A stretch of 64,000 bases of DNA from Schizochytrium sp. TIO01 (Eukaryota; Protista; Bigyra: Labyrinthulomycetes). Position numbers and translations under genes: made by a program. Positions within the stretch are counted from its first letter, which is position 1, and each line of letters opens with the position of its first letter. Of the stretch, positions 63,101 to 64,000 are shown piece after piece. Location of the stretch: contig SMSO01000031.1 in the NCBI GenBank assembly GCA_004764695.1, positions 6,864,761-6,928,760 on the forward strand, written 5' to 3'. The notes under the pieces were generated by a model, which did not search any database, was not told where the DNA came from, and saw nothing but the letters and a program-made list of their open reading frames with translations.

Positions 63101-64000
63101 ATATCTTGCAAACAGGATTCCAGGTCACTATTATCAAGCACTAGGAGACAAATAGTATGCGGAAGAAGTGCAATATTGTCATCAGAGGCCGAAAGGGAAC
63201 TTTGCACATCTGCAATGCTTGTATGGTACTCATCTGCACAAGTATCATCAATAGTTGGAATGATTCCCTGGAAAACCTTATACTGGCTCAGTTGCTGAAG
63301 AATACTCACCATTTTGTCCAGAGCAATAAAGACATTATCAAGAATGTCAACACCTTCTACGATGCTACAAACACTTGGTAATGAGGCGAGCAGGGTTGTT
63401 ACCAGGGTCTTGATGTTATCAGGGTCATCCGTTTCTAGTTGCTGAGCTGCAAGATTGGCAATAACTGTAACATCAAGAATGCTGTCAACCATGCTAACAA
63501 TGCAAGTACTTTCGTCACTTGTGATGCCGCAAGTTCCCTCAATTGCGCCATCTTCTTCAAAACGGGGAATGAGGGATGATTTGAAAAGTGCTGAGCAATC
63601 ATCGTCGATGTCAGGAATATACTCACTCAATGCGTCAATTTCATGAAGTTGATCAAGAAGATCGAGGACATAAGGTAAACTCGAGATAATCGAGTTGTAG
63701 TCAAAGGTACCTAACTCGTCCACTAGCGCGCATGCTGTTGGAAGCGTATCAACAACAGCCGCAGCAACTCCATCTTCAATCACCAAAGGCCAAGAAATTT
63801 CTCGAAAGCACTGTTGCGTTGCGTTTGTCATATTGCACAATACTCCTGGAACACCAGTCACTCCAACAGGTGACAAAGTTTCTGCAAGGTCTTTATAGTT
63901 TTCCATGCATGCATCACTTACATCTGGTAGGTAGGGCTCCACGAAAGAAACGTCACGCAGGGCGTCAAACAGAGATATCACTGTAGGGAGATAGGTCAGA
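57178..64000 (-). CDS. Giant acidic single-pass membrane protein (5'-partial, >2270 aa) with at least 20 tandem four-Cys helical repeats
   Basis: The frame is open to the window edge (LTYLPTVISLF...). It contains repeating C-x(9-40)-C-x(4-11)-C-x(23-44)-C units, an S-rich stalk, a TM IVYMVIGASCLLAIIFAVFAV followed by KIYRLR, and a D/S-rich cytoplasmic tail. Confidence 0.9.
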   Translation of the reverse strand, partial: LTYLPTVISLFDALRDVSFVEPYLPDVSDACMENYKDLAETLSPVGVTGVPGVLCNMTNATQQCFREISWPLVIEDGVAAAVVDTLPTACALVDELGTFDYNSIISSLPYVLDLLDQLHEIDALSEYIPDIDDDCSALFKSSLIPRFEEDGAIEGTCGITSDESTCIVSMVDSILDVTVIANLAAQQLETDDPDNIKTLVTTLLASLPSVCSIVEGVDILDNVFIALDKMVSILQQLSQYKVFQGIIPTIDDTCADEYHTSIADVQSSLSASDDNIALLPHTICLLVLDNSDLESCLQDIGAQVDQSPLIGLSSLSVETVIVAFTQKIMPRICSVIARVLDETGNVNVTEAILSIPDVAQVYADAATAVGPTFLPAFPDEECTESVLEDIAAAINNGDILDILCGGITDAGKVCIRSLGSTIEDISFVNSMLGRDDLISTLLGDPLDAACAALSYDTDVDITSILGHLDTILYAIDLANRLAPSLFEDYFPQIPGGNCTDISYPRISALLTNFKAQKLCLLVDDDRECIALLGDNLEETEFFRNFLYGDLEEMAVSGQSLVRTVMDALPDILCVAMDELGEISFEGIISALPAAFDLLRELHGYPALQAYVPWVPDICISSVVELTTRLTSETLDPVSVMCGLTTSETTCIVELGASIDILNFTSGLEDLLNATVQLIPSVCEIIGSSTIEATDILRHLPELMVLFEKVDVVARSLGLYDVDIGTECHSEMQDMASRFSEVSVDMLPDEICEATSSEFACLRKASTAIEQLPLVSDTIPEGLMSNVISLMETTACPLWLSTEDTDYLGFVSALPDLITILSQLEEMDFLSSYIPVISSECKTLFAVNITAKLENGAAIVNEMGLVNIFGSIDFSGLTSILCSFNEAEGACFREAGHAIVAIPLMSSLSSSLGGNYSLSTMVDSAFDIREYACSLLDEIAEITASSIMYSLSDILHIMEELNSFPVISEYVPTFKSECLEVVDSFAEEIDTSDAIITTVCGLDDDGNDCIVYIAHQLDTISQVRSIFEVATDGEYDSLEAYVKKLIYDVVIEACEMMNDIATGMEGINLSEFIFKIPDFIDALRTMKSMPFIEDLAPQVSDTCLTVLESVVPLSSDATTEIDGVTFVCESSDEVRACVLELNDKLEEIEYIGEHIPDGVVEAFIDSLDSGCKLFQDSDIDEESFLKTDMPVLMRNAGIIAGVQDSCLLPVNVSNLCSIGDDCLAEYFSKLSALPLLGKFIPSWASDVVVDLCAVQSGDGSMADFIETYLPVIIQTVFEDSNSTCASKDVDTTTPLKICTSLGTQCVQELANNLPSLAPDGISELLVTGCEVLTSGDETIFALLPYLGSLLDILAFMLGYPSDTCAAEIKSSILVEDFDAEMFCTGMSSECTTEVVKTLSSIPFIGDYLPIGTDQLIGALCGVLKDGDSISSLMEHVPTIIELLGKIIIGGHLDISGSCQTQIEDYVVNKRTGSVNIRNLCLLSNNCTSNVIDALQELPLVGQYIPDSIPSILNDACVLQSEVRGSDYLEISETANSAFIRMLPRVLLLLGKVLGDEVAPGDGRLLSTANTSSLGCGTMLISYAEENSDAFRMYPFCSEVSPNCIQYACAKLTTMPVVNEYLHPRTGEVLSTTCIIMNATSRDVALEAIPQLLSSTASLLDLDTSCTSQVEDVAALFKSRGGAIDADTLCTKVPNATCLAEVAAKLQNLPYVGLYVPNDVETLIKDTCDLMADDDVVNRASLSTYLAKEGPILLQIAGLMAGVDTNCETWLEQISDISVSTMCQNATCVAQLSDGLETLPLVGDYIPKGLSPLFDGICEFAAETSTWKEFVENTLSKLMYIVTQSITGDTSCATQLERFSLDIVNTTGYILAPVKSLCHISDTCIDSLTNGLETLPLWGPFLPSKTSQIIHEICNYTDLYASSLSDMDVMIKTLNTYWPELMELVLNMVDIDDETCMTSLADKSTACVNEGSCLELLIQAYKNQLPLIGQLFPDGVDAGIESICQLTTASKADLLELLYKSGGILDNLILWLPADALTDTDECADKFASAAALPEAGTPGSWQKVLSCTVGASCLTPLSRNLLKLANLSITAAETALFEAVLTDQPCDDATNGTDSGSSNEGSITLAPSGNNLSSSSEETKTNPIVYMVIGASCLLAIIFAVFAVKIYRLRQEKDDPDTVILDRRASQSIVPSAIDNDYGMSSGASGGASSAVRSTASAVAGIGRGAPVSAYITNFNDNSDDDDSDNGSDDDTGGGVNESSEDEYDDEPMNTVRA

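Overview
Eukaryotic, intron-poor nuclear DNA (about 45% GC by eye) with AT-rich spacers and microsatellites. The gene content (flagellar PF20/SPAG16, plant-type ATXR3 and NDUFB8, a GRK, mitochondrial EF-Tu) fits a flagellate-stage protist. A stramenopile such as a thraustochytrid/labyrinthulomycete is my best guess; this is inference only. About 17 protein-coding genes follow an apparently gene-free first 8.3 kb, in this order: membrane sulfotransferase, Zn-ribbon/FYVE/ankyrin/UIM/RING ligase, SPAG16, RecQ helicase, PH-domain protein, formiminotransferase-like protein, PHD+SET ATXR3-like methyltransferase, degenerate F1-ATPase alpha paralogue, ASF1-like protein (1 intron), NDUFB8, mt EF-Tu, CinA-like/nucleotidyltransferase fusion (1 intron), IQ-motif protein, GRK-like kinase, MSS51-like protein, METTL21-like methyltransferase, and a 5'-truncated giant surface protein (>2270 aa). 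The most notable items are: (1) the giant membrane protein, built from at least 20 four-cysteine helical repeats whose Cys spacing resembles the elicitin core; (2) an F1-alpha paralogue with a mitochondrial-type presequence and a destroyed P-loop; (3) four genes each split by a +1 frameshift, most likely assembly insertions but worth testing; (4) a PncC/CinA-NadD-like fusion; (5) a GRK with a CAAX prenylation motif. I did not recognise any tRNA, rRNA, CRISPR array or intact transposon.
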